DNA of 57,839 bases, taken from assembly GCA_001871925.1 (NCBI GenBank), contig MNWZ01000074.1, positions 1-57,839 of the forward strand, read 5' to 3'. The first letter of the stretch is position 1. Each line of letters starts with the position of its first letter. The translations under genes were made by a program, and so were the position numbers. This DNA is from Zetaproteobacteria bacterium CG1_02_53_45 (GTDB lineage: Bacteria; Pseudomonadota; Zetaproteobacteria; Mariprofundales; Mariprofundaceae). The notes beneath the pieces are model-generated. The model saw only the letters and a list, made by a program, of their open reading frames with translations. It had not been told where the DNA came from and did not search any database. This document shows positions 29,924-39,748 of this stretch, piece by piece.

Positions 29924-30999
29924 GCCAGCGCCTCCAGTGCCCTGCAAACTGCATCACCCATGCCGGAGCAGCTTACACTTGCCCCGCCATCAGCCAGATC
30001 AACCGTACGGATACCGGCATTGAGTGTATTTTCAACGGCCTGATCCACCTTGTCAGCCAGATCGGCACGACCCAGCGAGAAGCGAAGCATCATCGATGCC
30101 GACAGAATGGTCGCCAGCGGGTTGGCCTTGTTCTGCCCTGCAATATCCGGGGCTGAACCGTGAATCGGCTCATACATGGCAAACTCTTCACCGATTGAGG
30201 CACTCGGCAGCATCCCGATGGAGCCGGTCAGCATGGAGGCTTCGTCGGAGAGTATATCGCCGAACATATTGGTGGTGACAATCACATCAAACTGTTTCGG
30301 GTTGCGGATCAGCTGCATGGCCGCGTTATCCACATACATGTGCGAGAGTTCAACATCGGCATATTCCGCCGCATGCAGGGCTATAACCACTTCGCGCCAG
30401 TATTCAGTCGACTCCAGCACATTGGCCTTGTCGATGGAGCAGACACGGTTGCTGCGCAAACGCGCGGCTTCAAATGCCTTGCGGGCAATACGTTCGATTT
30501 CGGAGGTTTTATAGGCCAGTGTATTAAACCCGCGTTTCTCGCCGTTGGGCAGGGTTTCGATACCGCGCGGCTGACCGAAGTAGATGCCGGATACCAGCTC
30601 ACGAACCACCAGAATATCCACGCCTCGGATCACTTCAGGTTTCAGGGTCGAGGCATTAAGCAGCTGCTCATGCACCTTGGCCGGACGGTAGTTGGCAAAC
30701 AGGCCCAGATCTTCACGGATACGCAGGAGCCCCGCTTCAGGACGCAACGGCTTGGCCAGCGGCTCCCATTTCGGGCCGCCAACAGCACCGAGCAGTACTG
30801 CATCGGAGGCCCTGCACAGCTTGCGGGTGGCTTCAGGATATGGGTCACCGGATTCATCGTAGCCGGCACCGCCAATGGCGGCCTCTTCCCATTCGGCATT
30901 CAGATCGAAGTGTTTATTCAGCACCTCAAGCACCTTCAATGCCTCATCTACAATCTCTTTACCAATGCCGTCACCGGGCAGTACCGCAATCTTTACCAT
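29920..30999 (-). CDS. leuB: 3-isopropylmalate dehydrogenase
   Basis: [47 protein letters not shown]. Confidence 0.97.
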   Translation of the reverse strand: MVKIAVLPGDGIGKEIVDEALKVLEVLNKHFDLNAEWEEAAIGGAGYDESGDPYPEATRKLCRASDAVLLGAVGGPKWEPLAKPLRPEAGLLRIREDLGLFANYRPAKVHEQLLNASTLKPEVIRGVDILVVRELVSGIYFGQPRGIETLPNGEKRGFNTLAYKTSEIERIARKAFEAARLRSNRVCSIDKANVLESTEYWREVVIALHAAEYADVELSHMYVDNAAMQLIRNPKQFDVIVTTNMFGDILSDEASMLTGSIGMLPSASIGEEFAMYEPIHGSAPDIAGQNKANPLATILSASMMLRFSLGRADLADKVDQAVENTLNAGIRTVDLADGGASVSCSGMGDAVCRALEALA

Positions 31000-31003
31000 A
31001 GCT

Positions 31004-31462
31004 CTACTCCTTTTTTCCTACTGCGGTTTTCACTGCGGCCAGGAAATCATCCACATCCTTGAATTCTCTATATACCGAGGCGAAACGCACATAGGCTACA
31101 CCATCGAGGTTACGCAACTGCTCCATCACAAACGCACCGACATCCTCTGCTGCGATCTCTGGCGTAGCTGTCTCCTGCACCGCGCGCAGAACGGCATGCA
31201 CACCCTTCTCCAGCTGCTCCACCGAAACAGGTCTTTTCTCCAGCGCCTTCTGCATGCCGGAACGGATCTTCTCGCCATCAAACGCCTGACGTGTGCCGTC
31301 TTTTTTGACCACCAGCGGCATTCTCAGCTCTGCCCGTTCATAGGAAGAGAAGCGTTTGCCGCAGGCTTCGCATTCACGACGCCTGCGCACCGCCACACCG
31401 TCTTCGACCACGCGCGAATCCACCACGCGCGTGTCATCATTGGCACAGAACGGACAATACAT
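31004..31462 (-). CDS. nrdR: Transcriptional repressor NrdR
   Basis: CPFC...VVDSR...RRRRECEAC zinc ribbon, ATP cone, [13 protein letters not shown]. Confidence 0.97.
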   Translation of the reverse strand: MYCPFCANDDTRVVDSRVVEDGVAVRRRRECEACGKRFSSYERAELRMPLVVKKDGTRQAFDGEKIRSGMQKALEKRPVSVEQLEKGVHAVLRAVQETATPEIAAEDVGAFVMEQLRNLDGVAYVRFASVYREFKDVDDFLAAVKTAVGKKE

Positions 31463-31485
31463 TCAGATCACCTGCCAGTGATCAA

Positions 31486-32745
31486 TCAATATTCGTAAAT
31501 CGGGAAACGACCGGTCAGCTTACGTACCTCTTCAAGCACACCTGCATGCACAGCTGCATCTTCAGGCGCTTTGAGTACCTGCAGAATCAGTTCGCCGATC
31601 AGGCTGGCATCTGCTTCGAGCATGCCGCGCGCGGTAATCACCGATGCGCCGATACGGATACCGGACGTGACAAACGGGGATTCCGGATCAAACGGAATGG
31701 TATTCTTGTTGGTGGTGATACCTGCCGCTTCCAGTGCCTCTTCGGCGACCTTGCCGGTGATGCCCTGCGGACGCACATCGACACGGAACATATGACAATC
31801 AGTGCCGCCGGATACCACACGCAGACCACCGTCAGTCAGTGTCTTGGCCAGCGCACGCGCATTGGCAATCACCTGTTTCTGATCGACCTTGAACAACTCC
31901 TCAAGTGCCTCACCAAAAGCAACGGCCTTGGCTGCGATCACATGCATCAGCGGGCCACCCTGAATACCCGGGAAGATGCGCGAGTTGATCTTCTTATAGA
32001 TCTCATCATCGTCAGTCAGAATCATGCCGCCGCGCGGACCGCGCAGGGTTTTGTGGGTAGTCGTGGTAATCACATGCGCATGGCCTACCGGCGACGGATA
32101 AACGCCTGCGGCAATCAGGCCCGCATAATGAGCCATATCCACCATCAGGATAGCGCCAATGGAATCGGCGATTTCACGCATGCGTTTAAAGTCGATGGCG
32201 CGCTCATAGGCGGATGCACCACCGATAATCATCTTCGGACGGTGAATCTCAGCCATCTTCTGCATGACATCATAATCGATCAGCTCATTGTCCTTGCGCA
32301 CACCGTAAGCAACTACATTGTACAGGCGGCCGGAGAAGTTCACCGGTGAGCCGTGTGTCAGATGGCCGCCGTGTGACAGGTCCATACCCATGATGGTATC
32401 GCCCGGATTAATCAGTCCCATAAACACAGCCATATTGGCCTGTGAACCGGAGTGCGGCTGCACATTGGCGTGTTTGACGCCGAAAATTTCGCAGGCACGC
32501 TGCTGGGCCAGCGCTTCAACCTTGTCCACATGCTCGCAGCCGCCGTAGTAACGGCGTCCCGGATAACCTTCGGCATACTTGTTGGTCATCACCGAGCCCT
32601 GAGCTTCCATGACCGCGCGGGAAACGATATTCTCACTGGCAATAAGCTCCAGTGTATGCTGCTGCCTGCCCAGTTCGGCGGCAATGGCATCCTTGACCAC
32701 CGCATCGGCTAGCGGTGCATTAAAAAACTGACTGCGATCAGACAT
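31486..32745 (-). CDS. glyA: Serine hydroxymethyltransferase
   Basis: [51 protein letters not shown]. Confidence 0.98.
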   Translation of the reverse strand: MSDRSQFFNAPLADAVVKDAIAAELGRQQHTLELIASENIVSRAVMEAQGSVMTNKYAEGYPGRRYYGGCEHVDKVEALAQQRACEIFGVKHANVQPHSGSQANMAVFMGLINPGDTIMGMDLSHGGHLTHGSPVNFSGRLYNVVAYGVRKDNELIDYDVMQKMAEIHRPKMIIGGASAYERAIDFKRMREIADSIGAILMVDMAHYAGLIAAGVYPSPVGHAHVITTTTHKTLRGPRGGMILTDDDEIYKKINSRIFPGIQGGPLMHVIAAKAVAFGEALEELFKVDQKQVIANARALAKTLTDGGLRVVSGGTDCHMFRVDVRPQGITGKVAEEALEAAGITTNKNTIPFDPESPFVTSGIRIGASVITARGMLEADASLIGELILQVLKAPEDAAVHAGVLEEVRKLTGRFPIYEY

Positions 32746-32762
32746 GAAAACTCCTGAGTAGT

Positions 32763-32788
32763 AAAAAAAGCGCCGGTTTCCAGCGCCT
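32763..32788 (-). terminator. Terminator-like hairpin + U7 just upstream of the glyA RBS
   Basis: Minus strand GCGCTGG-AAA-CCGGCGC-TTTTTTT, ending 7 nt before AGGAG. Confidence 0.55.
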
Positions 32789-32820
32789 GCTAAACCCGAA
32801 GCCTGAACTTCGGGCGGCGT

Positions 32821-32849
32821 ATTATGTCGAAATCAGGCTGCCGCGTCAT
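32821..32849 (-). promoter_or_regulatory. Putative sigma70 promoter for glyA
   Basis: ATGACG - 17 nt - CATAAT followed by a GC-rich discriminator (ACGCCGCCC). Confidence 0.45.
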
Positions 32850-32944
32850 CTCTGATTTCCAAACCCTGCGAACCTGGCCTGTATGGATGACAAAGCTTGC
32901 GTCAAAGTCGCCCGAAACAGCTTCGGAGAGCGCCTCAAATTGAG

Positions 32945-34252
32945 TTATTTTCTCAGCCTGTGTACACCGTCCGTCTCTGTAAACCGGCCCACATCGGCAG
33001 GGTTGAGCAGCACAACAACATCGACATACGCTTCCCCCGTCACTGCGGAGATGATCGTGCCGTGCTCATGACAAAAGGCCAGTGCCCGCCCGTCGCCATG
33101 CTCCAGCTTCAGGTGCAACTCATGCATTTCATCGGTAAGCCAGTCGGTCAGCAGGCCCAGCAACTGATCCACACCCTCACCGCTTACAGCGGAAAGCGCC
33201 ATGCGGCTGCCCGGAATAGTTTCAGCGCGGAAGGATTCCAGACCCGGCACCAGATCCTTTTTGTTCATCACCTCAACAATGGGCGGTGCAAAATCGCCCA
33301 CCAACCCCAACTGCTCCAGTGTTTCATTCACCACCTTGCCCTGCTCGGCCAGCATCGGGTCGGATGCATCGCGCACATGCAGAATCAGATCCGCCTCGAT
33401 CACCTCTTCGAGCGTGGCGCGGAAGGCATCGACCAGTTCATGCGGCAACTCCTGCACGAAGCCCACAGTATCGGAGAGCATCAACTGCAGTCCGCCGGGC
33501 AACACCAGCTTGCGCAGTGTCGGATCGAGTGTGGCAAACAGCTGATCGGCCACATAGACACCGGAGTTGGTCAGCCGGTTAAACAGTGTTGATTTGCCGG
33601 CATTGGTGTATCCGACCAGCGCCACGGTCGGAATAGCCTTTCGCCTGCGCCCCGAACGCTGGGTGGCGCGCATCTGACGCACCTTGTCGAGATCCTTCTC
33701 CATAGCGAGGATTTTGTCGCGGATCATACGGCGATCGAGCTCGATCTGGCGCTCACCCGGCCCCCCCATAAAGCCGAAACCGCCACGCTGACGCTCCAGA
33801 TGCGTCCAGCTTCGCACCAGACGCCCCATCTGATAATTCAGACTGGCCAGCTCCACCTGCATCACCCCTTCTCGGGTACGTGCGCGCGCAGCAAAAATCT
33901 CCAGAATCAGACCGGTGCGATCCACCACCTTGGCCCCCAGCGCCTCTTCAAGATTACGCTGCTGAATCGGGGAAAGGGAGTGATCGACAAACACAACCAC
34001 GGCTTCCAGCTCTTCAACCCGGGCGCGGATCTCTTCAACCTGACCGGAACCGAGCAGCAGCCCCGCCATACTCTTGCGCACATTAAAACGCATCGACTGA
34101 ACCAGATCACAGTTGCTGGTTTCGACCAGCCGGTTGAACTCTTCAGCGCGGGATTTCCAGGCATATGCACCAAGACGTTTGGTCGGGAACTCCGGATGTA
34201 CGCTGATCGCTTTGTCCGGCTCTTCTTCTGTTTGATACAACTCAGTACTCAT
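32945..34252 (-). CDS. hflX: GTPase HflX
   Basis: LILEIFAARARTREG, GPGERQIELDRR, VGYTNAGKST, DQLFATLDPT, DTVGF. Confidence 0.97.
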   Translation of the reverse strand: MSTELYQTEEEPDKAISVHPEFPTKRLGAYAWKSRAEEFNRLVETSNCDLVQSMRFNVRKSMAGLLLGSGQVEEIRARVEELEAVVVFVDHSLSPIQQRNLEEALGAKVVDRTGLILEIFAARARTREGVMQVELASLNYQMGRLVRSWTHLERQRGGFGFMGGPGERQIELDRRMIRDKILAMEKDLDKVRQMRATQRSGRRRKAIPTVALVGYTNAGKSTLFNRLTNSGVYVADQLFATLDPTLRKLVLPGGLQLMLSDTVGFVQELPHELVDAFRATLEEVIEADLILHVRDASDPMLAEQGKVVNETLEQLGLVGDFAPPIVEVMNKKDLVPGLESFRAETIPGSRMALSAVSGEGVDQLLGLLTDWLTDEMHELHLKLEHGDGRALAFCHEHGTIISAVTGEAYVDVVVLLNPADVGRFTETDGVHRLRK

Positions 34253-34259
34253 GAATGTT

Positions 34260-35177
34260 TCAACACCCCGTCATTTTCTCTTTCAAATCATCAGCACTGC
34301 CATGCACGGCATCAGGGGTCTGGTGATTAAACCAGGTGACCTGTCGTTTGGCGTAACGGCGCGTGGCCGTAATGCTGTCACTGACTGCTTTTTCCAGACT
34401 CAGCTCACCCTTGAGATGATCCAGCAACTGCCGGTAACCCACCGCCCGCATCGCCGGATGCGTATCCGGCAGGTTCAATCCAGCCAGCCAGCGAACCTCA
34501 TCCAGCCAGCCGCTCTGCATCATGCTCTGGCAGCGTCTTGCCAGCCGCTCACGTAACAGCTCACGCTCCACATCCAGCACAAACACAGGACAGTCGATAG
34601 CGACCACCCGGTCCGACTCCTCGGCCTGCCAGTCGGCCAGCGAACGCCCCGTACTCTCCAACACGCAAAGCGCACGCATGATACGCTGACTGTCATTCGG
34701 CTTTAAACGCCCCGCCATCACCGCGTCATGCTCTTGCAGATAGGCAAACAGTCCTTCTGCCCCCTGCACCCAGAGCAGCATTTCAAACTTTTCGCGCACC
34801 TCGGGGTTTTCGTCCGGAATATCGGCGAAGCCCTGCAACAGTGCCTTGAGATAAAGACCGGTACCTCCGACAATCAACGGCACACGGCCCTGCTCATTTT
34901 CACTGGCGATCACAACTCTGGCCTCTTCTGCCCAGCGCGCTGCCGAGTAGAGATCGGGAAGTTCACAGCAATCGACGAGAAAATGGGGAACCAGAGCCCT
35001 CTCGGCTTCGGCCGGTTTGGCTGTACCGATATCCAGTCCCCGATACAGCTGCATGGAATCGCAGCAGATAATCGAGGTTGGCGTGGCGGCGGCCAGCTGC
35101 ATGGCCAGCGCCGATTTGCCGGTACCTGTTGCCCCCATCAGGGCAACGGCGCGCAAGACTGCTTTTCTGTTTTCCAT
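34260..35177 (-). CDS. miaA: tRNA dimethylallyltransferase
   Basis: MGATGTGKS, DSMQLYRGLDIGTAKP, VGGTGLY, TRRYAKRQVTW. Confidence 0.96.
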   Translation of the reverse strand: MENRKAVLRAVALMGATGTGKSALAMQLAAATPTSIICCDSMQLYRGLDIGTAKPAEAERALVPHFLVDCCELPDLYSAARWAEEARVVIASENEQGRVPLIVGGTGLYLKALLQGFADIPDENPEVREKFEMLLWVQGAEGLFAYLQEHDAVMAGRLKPNDSQRIMRALCVLESTGRSLADWQAEESDRVVAIDCPVFVLDVERELLRERLARRCQSMMQSGWLDEVRWLAGLNLPDTHPAMRAVGYRQLLDHLKGELSLEKAVSDSITATRRYAKRQVTWFNHQTPDAVHGSADDLKEKMTGC

Positions 35178-35210
35178 GTTAGTGTCCTATCCCGTAGCAG
35201 AGCATAATAT

Positions 35211-36371
35211 CTAGACCCTCACACCTTGTCGCCGGGCAAAACGTTTGATCAGCGCATGCCACATCGGGCTGAGTATCAGTGTCAGCGCAATCACCAGTAC
35301 CGTCAAGCTATGCAGCGACTCATCAATCAACGCCATATGCAGACCGACTGCCGCCAGCAGAAAGGAGAACTCACCGATCTGACTGAGCAGACCTGCGGTC
35401 AGCAGCGATGTCTCCCAGTCCTCACCGAGCGCGCGCATAACAAAGACATTGGTGCCGGCATTAAACAGGAATACCAGCAGCGTCACCCCGATCACCATAT
35501 CGAAGTGCGCCAACAGGTAATCAATATCGACCAGCATACCGACCGACATGAAAAACAGCGCCATAAAAATAATATGCACCGGCCCCAGATGCTCATGTAC
35601 CCACTCGGCCTTGTCCGACGAAGCAAGCAGCACACCGGCCAGAAATGCCCCGAGCCCGGGAGAGAGCCCCAGCCAGCCGGTCAAGGACGCCGAGCCCAGA
35701 CAGAGCAGCAGTCCCAGCATCATACGCTGGTCCGTATCACCGATCAGCGAGGACGGGATATGAAAGCGTTTGCTGCGCATCAGCCAGGTGACAAAAACCA
35801 GCACGGCGATACCGCCAACCACCTGTTTTGAAATGTCGGCAGCTGTTGCATGAACGCCGCCAAGCACACTGAGCATCACCATCATCGGAATAATCGCCAT
35901 ATCCTGCACCAGCAGCACGCCCAGTGCGTTCTGCCCCATAGGCAATTCCAGTTCGCCGGAATCCTTGAGCATTTTCAATACGACTGCCGTACTGGAGAGG
36001 CTGATGATAAAACCGAACAGCACCCCCTCCTGCCAGCTCATATCAAACAACAGCGCCAAACCGACACAGGCGGCGACACTGATAGCGATCTGGATATTGG
36101 TGCCGACAAAAGCGATTTTCCACCGCTGCAGCAGACGCGGAATGGAGACCTCCATGCCGACAAAAAAGAGCAGCATGATCACGCCGATTTCACCGATGCG
36201 GGTCACCACATCATGATCCTCGATAATGGCCAGACCTGACGGCCCCAGCACGATACCGCTCAGGATATAAGCCACCACGATCGGCTGTTTCAGGCGCACC
36301 GAGACATAAGCGATCAGTACCGTACAAAACAGCACGATGGTAATCACCAGCATGACCGGGTCTAAATGCAT
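35211..36371 (-). CDS. CPA2-family cation:proton antiporter (Kef-like, no C-terminal KTN domain)
   Basis: AYILSGIVLGP, GVIMLLFFVGME, SLSSTAVV, LLVQD, LGAFLAG, LSQIGEFSF; 386 aa, all membrane domain. Confidence 0.88.
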   Translation of the reverse strand: MHLDPVMLVITIVLFCTVLIAYVSVRLKQPIVVAYILSGIVLGPSGLAIIEDHDVVTRIGEIGVIMLLFFVGMEVSIPRLLQRWKIAFVGTNIQIAISVAACVGLALLFDMSWQEGVLFGFIISLSSTAVVLKMLKDSGELELPMGQNALGVLLVQDMAIIPMMVMLSVLGGVHATAADISKQVVGGIAVLVFVTWLMRSKRFHIPSSLIGDTDQRMMLGLLLCLGSASLTGWLGLSPGLGAFLAGVLLASSDKAEWVHEHLGPVHIIFMALFFMSVGMLVDIDYLLAHFDMVIGVTLLVFLFNAGTNVFVMRALGEDWETSLLTAGLLSQIGEFSFLLAAVGLHMALIDESLHSLTVLVIALTLILSPMWHALIKRFARRQGVRV

Positions 36372-36392
36372 TCTACGGGGCTCACAGGCCCA

Positions 36393-38228
36393 TTACTCCT
36401 TGCGCCCGAACAGGCGGTCGAGATCGTTCAGCGACAGTGAAACATAGGTCGGGCGGCCATGATTACACTGGGCGATATTCGGTGTCTGCTCCATCTTGCG
36501 CAGCAGTGCCTCCTGCTCTTCATGCGACAGCAGGCGGCCTGATTTGATGGAGCCCTTGCAGGCCCGATTACCCAGCCAGCGCTCAAGAATGCGCCCGAGT
36601 CCGCGCCCGTCAGCTTCGGCATCAGCGCCCATCAGCATGATACTCTCCACCAGCTCCGTCACCAGTTCTGCGGCAGGTTCCCTGACCAGCATCGCCGGCA
36701 CCGCACAGATGCGGAAAGACTCTTCACCGGTGATTTCAACTTCCACACCGAAAGGGTGTAGCTGCGCATGACAATCGTGCAACCAGGCAGCTGTTTTGCC
36801 GCTCAGATGCAGCACTTCGGGGGTCAACAGCTTCTGACTGGAAACCTGACTGCCCGTCAGCTGGCTTTTCAGTTTTTCGTAGGTCATACGCTCGTGCGCC
36901 GCATGCTGGTCGACCAGAATCACACCGGATTCGGTCTGGGCCAGAATATAACAGCGGTGAATCTGGGCCAGTGGATGGCCGAGATTCAACCCCGAGCCCG
37001 AACCATATTCCGCTGATGGTTCGGCAACCTGCGGACGTGAGAAGAGCATGCGCTGCATATCGGCAGGCATGGATGAGCTACCCGATGATGATGAATGCGA
37101 CGAAGACGCCCGGAAATCACCGGAGGAAAAACGCGGCATGCTGCCCGAGCCCGTAGAAGGAGAAGCAGCATTGCCTGCGCCATACTGCATCGAGCGCATG
37201 GCCTGATGCGTGGTGGTGGATGAAACGGCCTGCCCCATCTGATCAATCGCCGCGCGGATACAGGCGATCACCGCAGCCCGTACACGCTGCGGCGACTTGA
37301 AACGCACCTCACGCTTGGATGGATGCACATTGACATCCACATCGGCCGGATCGATTTCAATCCTGATCACCACCACAGGATAGCGGTCATGGAACATCAC
37401 ATCGCGATAGCCTGCGCGCACAGCTGCAAGCAGTTGCTTGTCGCGGATGACGCGCCCGTTGACCATAAACAACATGCGCGTGGAATCGCGATGGTGGAAT
37501 GTCGGCAGCCCCAGATGGCCGGAGACCTGCATGCCCTCATGTTCAATCGCCATCTCAACGCTGTTATCGGCAAAATCGTCGCCCATAATAGCCAGCACAC
37601 GCGCCCGCTCATCCTGGGCAATGAAATCCAGACGTTTGCGCCCGTCCATCTCCAGCACCATGGCAATGCGGGGGTTGGCCAGCGCTAGGGCGCGGAAGAC
37701 TTCAACAATCGCAGCATCTTCGGTTTTGTCGGTACGCATGAAATTCAGTCGTGCAGGCGTATTGAGAAACAGGTCGAGCACTTCGATACGCGTGCCGCGC
37801 CTGGGCGGTGCCGGTCGCGTTTGTGTCTCCGCCCCGCCATCGACGCGCACCTCAATGCCTTCGCGACTGTCGGCAAGGGCCGTCTGCATACGAAAGCGGG
37901 AAACCGATGCGATCGACGGTAATGCCTCGCCACGGAAACCGTGACTGGCTATGCGATGCAGATCATCCGATGATTCTATTTTACTGGTGGCATGGCGCTG
38001 CAGGGAAAGCTCGGCGTCGGCGGCGGACATGCCGCAACCGTCATCTTCAATAACGATCGACTTCTTGCCGGCGCCGGTAATCGACACTTTCACCCTGCCT
38101 GCACCTGCATCAAACGAATTTTCCACCAGCTCTTTCACCGCCGAGGCAGGACGCTCCACCACTTCACCGGCAGCGATCTGGTTGGCCACCTGCGCGGAGA
38201 GAATATGAATCAGCTGTTCAGAGCTCAT
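36393..38228 (-). CDS. mutL: DNA mismatch repair protein MutL
   Basis: NQIAAGEVVERPASAVKELVEN, GFRGEAL, endonuclease motif DQHAAHER, ACK, CNHGRP. Confidence 0.97.
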   Translation of the reverse strand: MSSEQLIHILSAQVANQIAAGEVVERPASAVKELVENSFDAGAGRVKVSITGAGKKSIVIEDDGCGMSAADAELSLQRHATSKIESSDDLHRIASHGFRGEALPSIASVSRFRMQTALADSREGIEVRVDGGAETQTRPAPPRRGTRIEVLDLFLNTPARLNFMRTDKTEDAAIVEVFRALALANPRIAMVLEMDGRKRLDFIAQDERARVLAIMGDDFADNSVEMAIEHEGMQVSGHLGLPTFHHRDSTRMLFMVNGRVIRDKQLLAAVRAGYRDVMFHDRYPVVVIRIEIDPADVDVNVHPSKREVRFKSPQRVRAAVIACIRAAIDQMGQAVSSTTTHQAMRSMQYGAGNAASPSTGSGSMPRFSSGDFRASSSHSSSSGSSSMPADMQRMLFSRPQVAEPSAEYGSGSGLNLGHPLAQIHRCYILAQTESGVILVDQHAAHERMTYEKLKSQLTGSQVSSQKLLTPEVLHLSGKTAAWLHDCHAQLHPFGVEVEITGEESFRICAVPAMLVREPAAELVTELVESIMLMGADAEADGRGLGRILERWLGNRACKGSIKSGRLLSHEEQEALLRKMEQTPNIAQCNHGRPTYVSLSLNDLDRLFGRKE

Positions 38229-38395
38229 GAATGAATGGATAGAGGCAAAACAGAAATGGTGAAGCTCCTTGTGAATGAATCTGGCGCAAATCTGCGTGCT
38301 TTAGGCCCAACAATCCACCCTCGCAATCAAAAAGTGCAGTATTGAGCTACAAAGCGGGTTATACTGGCTCTCTTTGTGGACAAAGGAGGTGCGGG

Positions 38396-38803
38396 ATGGC
38401 TCATAATGCAACAACTATAGCATGGATAAGAGGCAACCCGCTGTTCAAGTCGCTTTCGGAAACGGCTTTCACCGAGCTGGTAAAACACAGCACGGTTGAA
38501 ACATTCACTTCCGGAGAGCTGCTGATCGCCCAGAACAGTCAAAACAAATCGCTCTACCTGATCACCCATGGTCAGGTGAAAATCATCATCAACGATACCG
38601 AAGTCGACAGCCAGCAGGCCGGTGAAACCGTCGGTGAAATCTCCATGTCCCATTTCAGCCCGCCGGTTGCCGATGTGGTCGCAGACGGTGATGTCGAAAC
38701 CGTTGCATTCCCGATGCAGGTGATTGATCGGCTATGTGCCGAGAATACCGACTTCGCGGCTCAGTTGCGTAAACTCGGCATGAAAAAAGTATACGACAGG
38801 TGA
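38396..38803 (+). CDS. Stand-alone cyclic nucleotide-binding domain protein
   Basis: ATG 38396 after AGGAGG; PLFKSLS...LIAQN...LYLITHGQV...GETVGEIS...ADVVA cNMP fold; no HTH. Confidence 0.78.
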   Translation: MAHNATTIAWIRGNPLFKSLSETAFTELVKHSTVETFTSGELLIAQNSQNKSLYLITHGQVKIIINDTEVDSQQAGETVGEISMSHFSPPVADVVADGDVETVAFPMQVIDRLCAENTDFAAQLRKLGMKKVYDR

Positions 38804-38821
38804 ACCCGAGCTGAACAGTAT

Positions 38822-39100
38822 TCAGCTTCTGAAATAGACCGCCACAAGGTGGTAGCCGAACCTGGTTTTAACTGGCCCGTGCACCTTTAACAACGGTTTC
38901 TTGAAGATCACATCCTCGATCGGTTTGACCAGCTGACCGGGAAAAATTTCACCCAGATCACCGTCCCGTTTCTTTGAAGGGCAGAGCGAAAACCTGCTTG
39001 CCAGTTTGGCAAAGCTCTCGCCTTTATCGAGCCGCTGTTTCAGTTGCTCGGCCTCATCCTTGGTCTTCACCAGAATATGTTTCGCCATGGCACTGCGCAT
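38822..39100 (-). CDS. ppiC: Parvulin-type peptidyl-prolyl isomerase
   Basis: AKHILVK, FAKLASRFSLCPS..DGDLG, GPVKTRFGYH; 92 aa. Confidence 0.9.
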   Translation of the reverse strand: MRSAMAKHILVKTKDEAEQLKQRLDKGESFAKLASRFSLCPSKKRDGDLGEIFPGQLVKPIEDVIFKKPLLKVHGPVKTRFGYHLVAVYFRS

Positions 39101-39720
39101 TACAACCCCTGTCCAGCCGTCAGCTGCTGCAGCATCACTGCGGCATTTTTGTAGTCGATACGGATATGCCGGTATACGCCGTTCGTTTCAAGCACCAGAG
39201 CGGGAAATCCTGTGACACCCATATTTCGGGAGGTGTGGATTTCAGACAGCAGTTCGGCCCGGGTTTGTGCACTATTCAGGTCGGTGCGGAACCGATCGGG
39301 ATCAAGCGAAAGATTTGTAGCCAGCTCAATCAGCACTTCATCATCCGACGGATTACGTGCCTGCAGGTAATAGGCCTGCTGAATAGACAGAATCATTGCA
39401 TCTTCCAGAGCAGGATTCTGCCTTGTTGCCGCAATCACGGCCCGGCAGGCCGGATATGTTGAGCGCCGGGGCGCACACCTCGTCCAGAAATCATCATTAA
39501 AACAGGTTCCCGGCACCCTCGTCTCTATCGTCTGCCAGTGATGGCGAATCATGGCCTGTGTATCGATTGACATCGGAGCATCGGAATCCGGAGCCAGGCC
39601 ACCGAGCAGGCAGTTCACCTCCACAGCATCGGGCAACTGCGAGCGTAGCTCAGCCCAGACCGGTCGGAAGGCCCAGCACCAGCTGCACATCGGATCGTGA
39701 ATATACCAGAGCACAGCCAT
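39100..39720 (-). CDS. DsbA-family (FrnE-like) thioredoxin-fold protein
   Basis: HDPMCSWCW active site, GVTGFPAL cis-Pro loop; start probably ATG 39720. Confidence 0.85.
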   Translation of the reverse strand: MAVLWYIHDPMCSWCWAFRPVWAELRSQLPDAVEVNCLLGGLAPDSDAPMSIDTQAMIRHHWQTIETRVPGTCFNDDFWTRCAPRRSTYPACRAVIAATRQNPALEDAMILSIQQAYYLQARNPSDDEVLIELATNLSLDPDRFRTDLNSAQTRAELLSEIHTSRNMGVTGFPALVLETNGVYRHIRIDYKNAAVMLQQLTAGQGL

Positions 39721-39748
39721 AACCTTGATTCTCAGCAACGTTGTGAAA

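Noticed and set aside
29168-32349. Long plus-strand ORFs (291, 240, 207 and 267 aa)
   Set aside because: Antisense shadows of asd, leuB, nrdR and glyA, expected from codon bias in GC-rich genes.
32746-32944. ZTP (pfl) or glycine riboswitch upstream of glyA
   Set aside because: Consensus elements were not found by eye; only generic hairpins, reported as a candidate attenuator. An Infernal scan would settle it.
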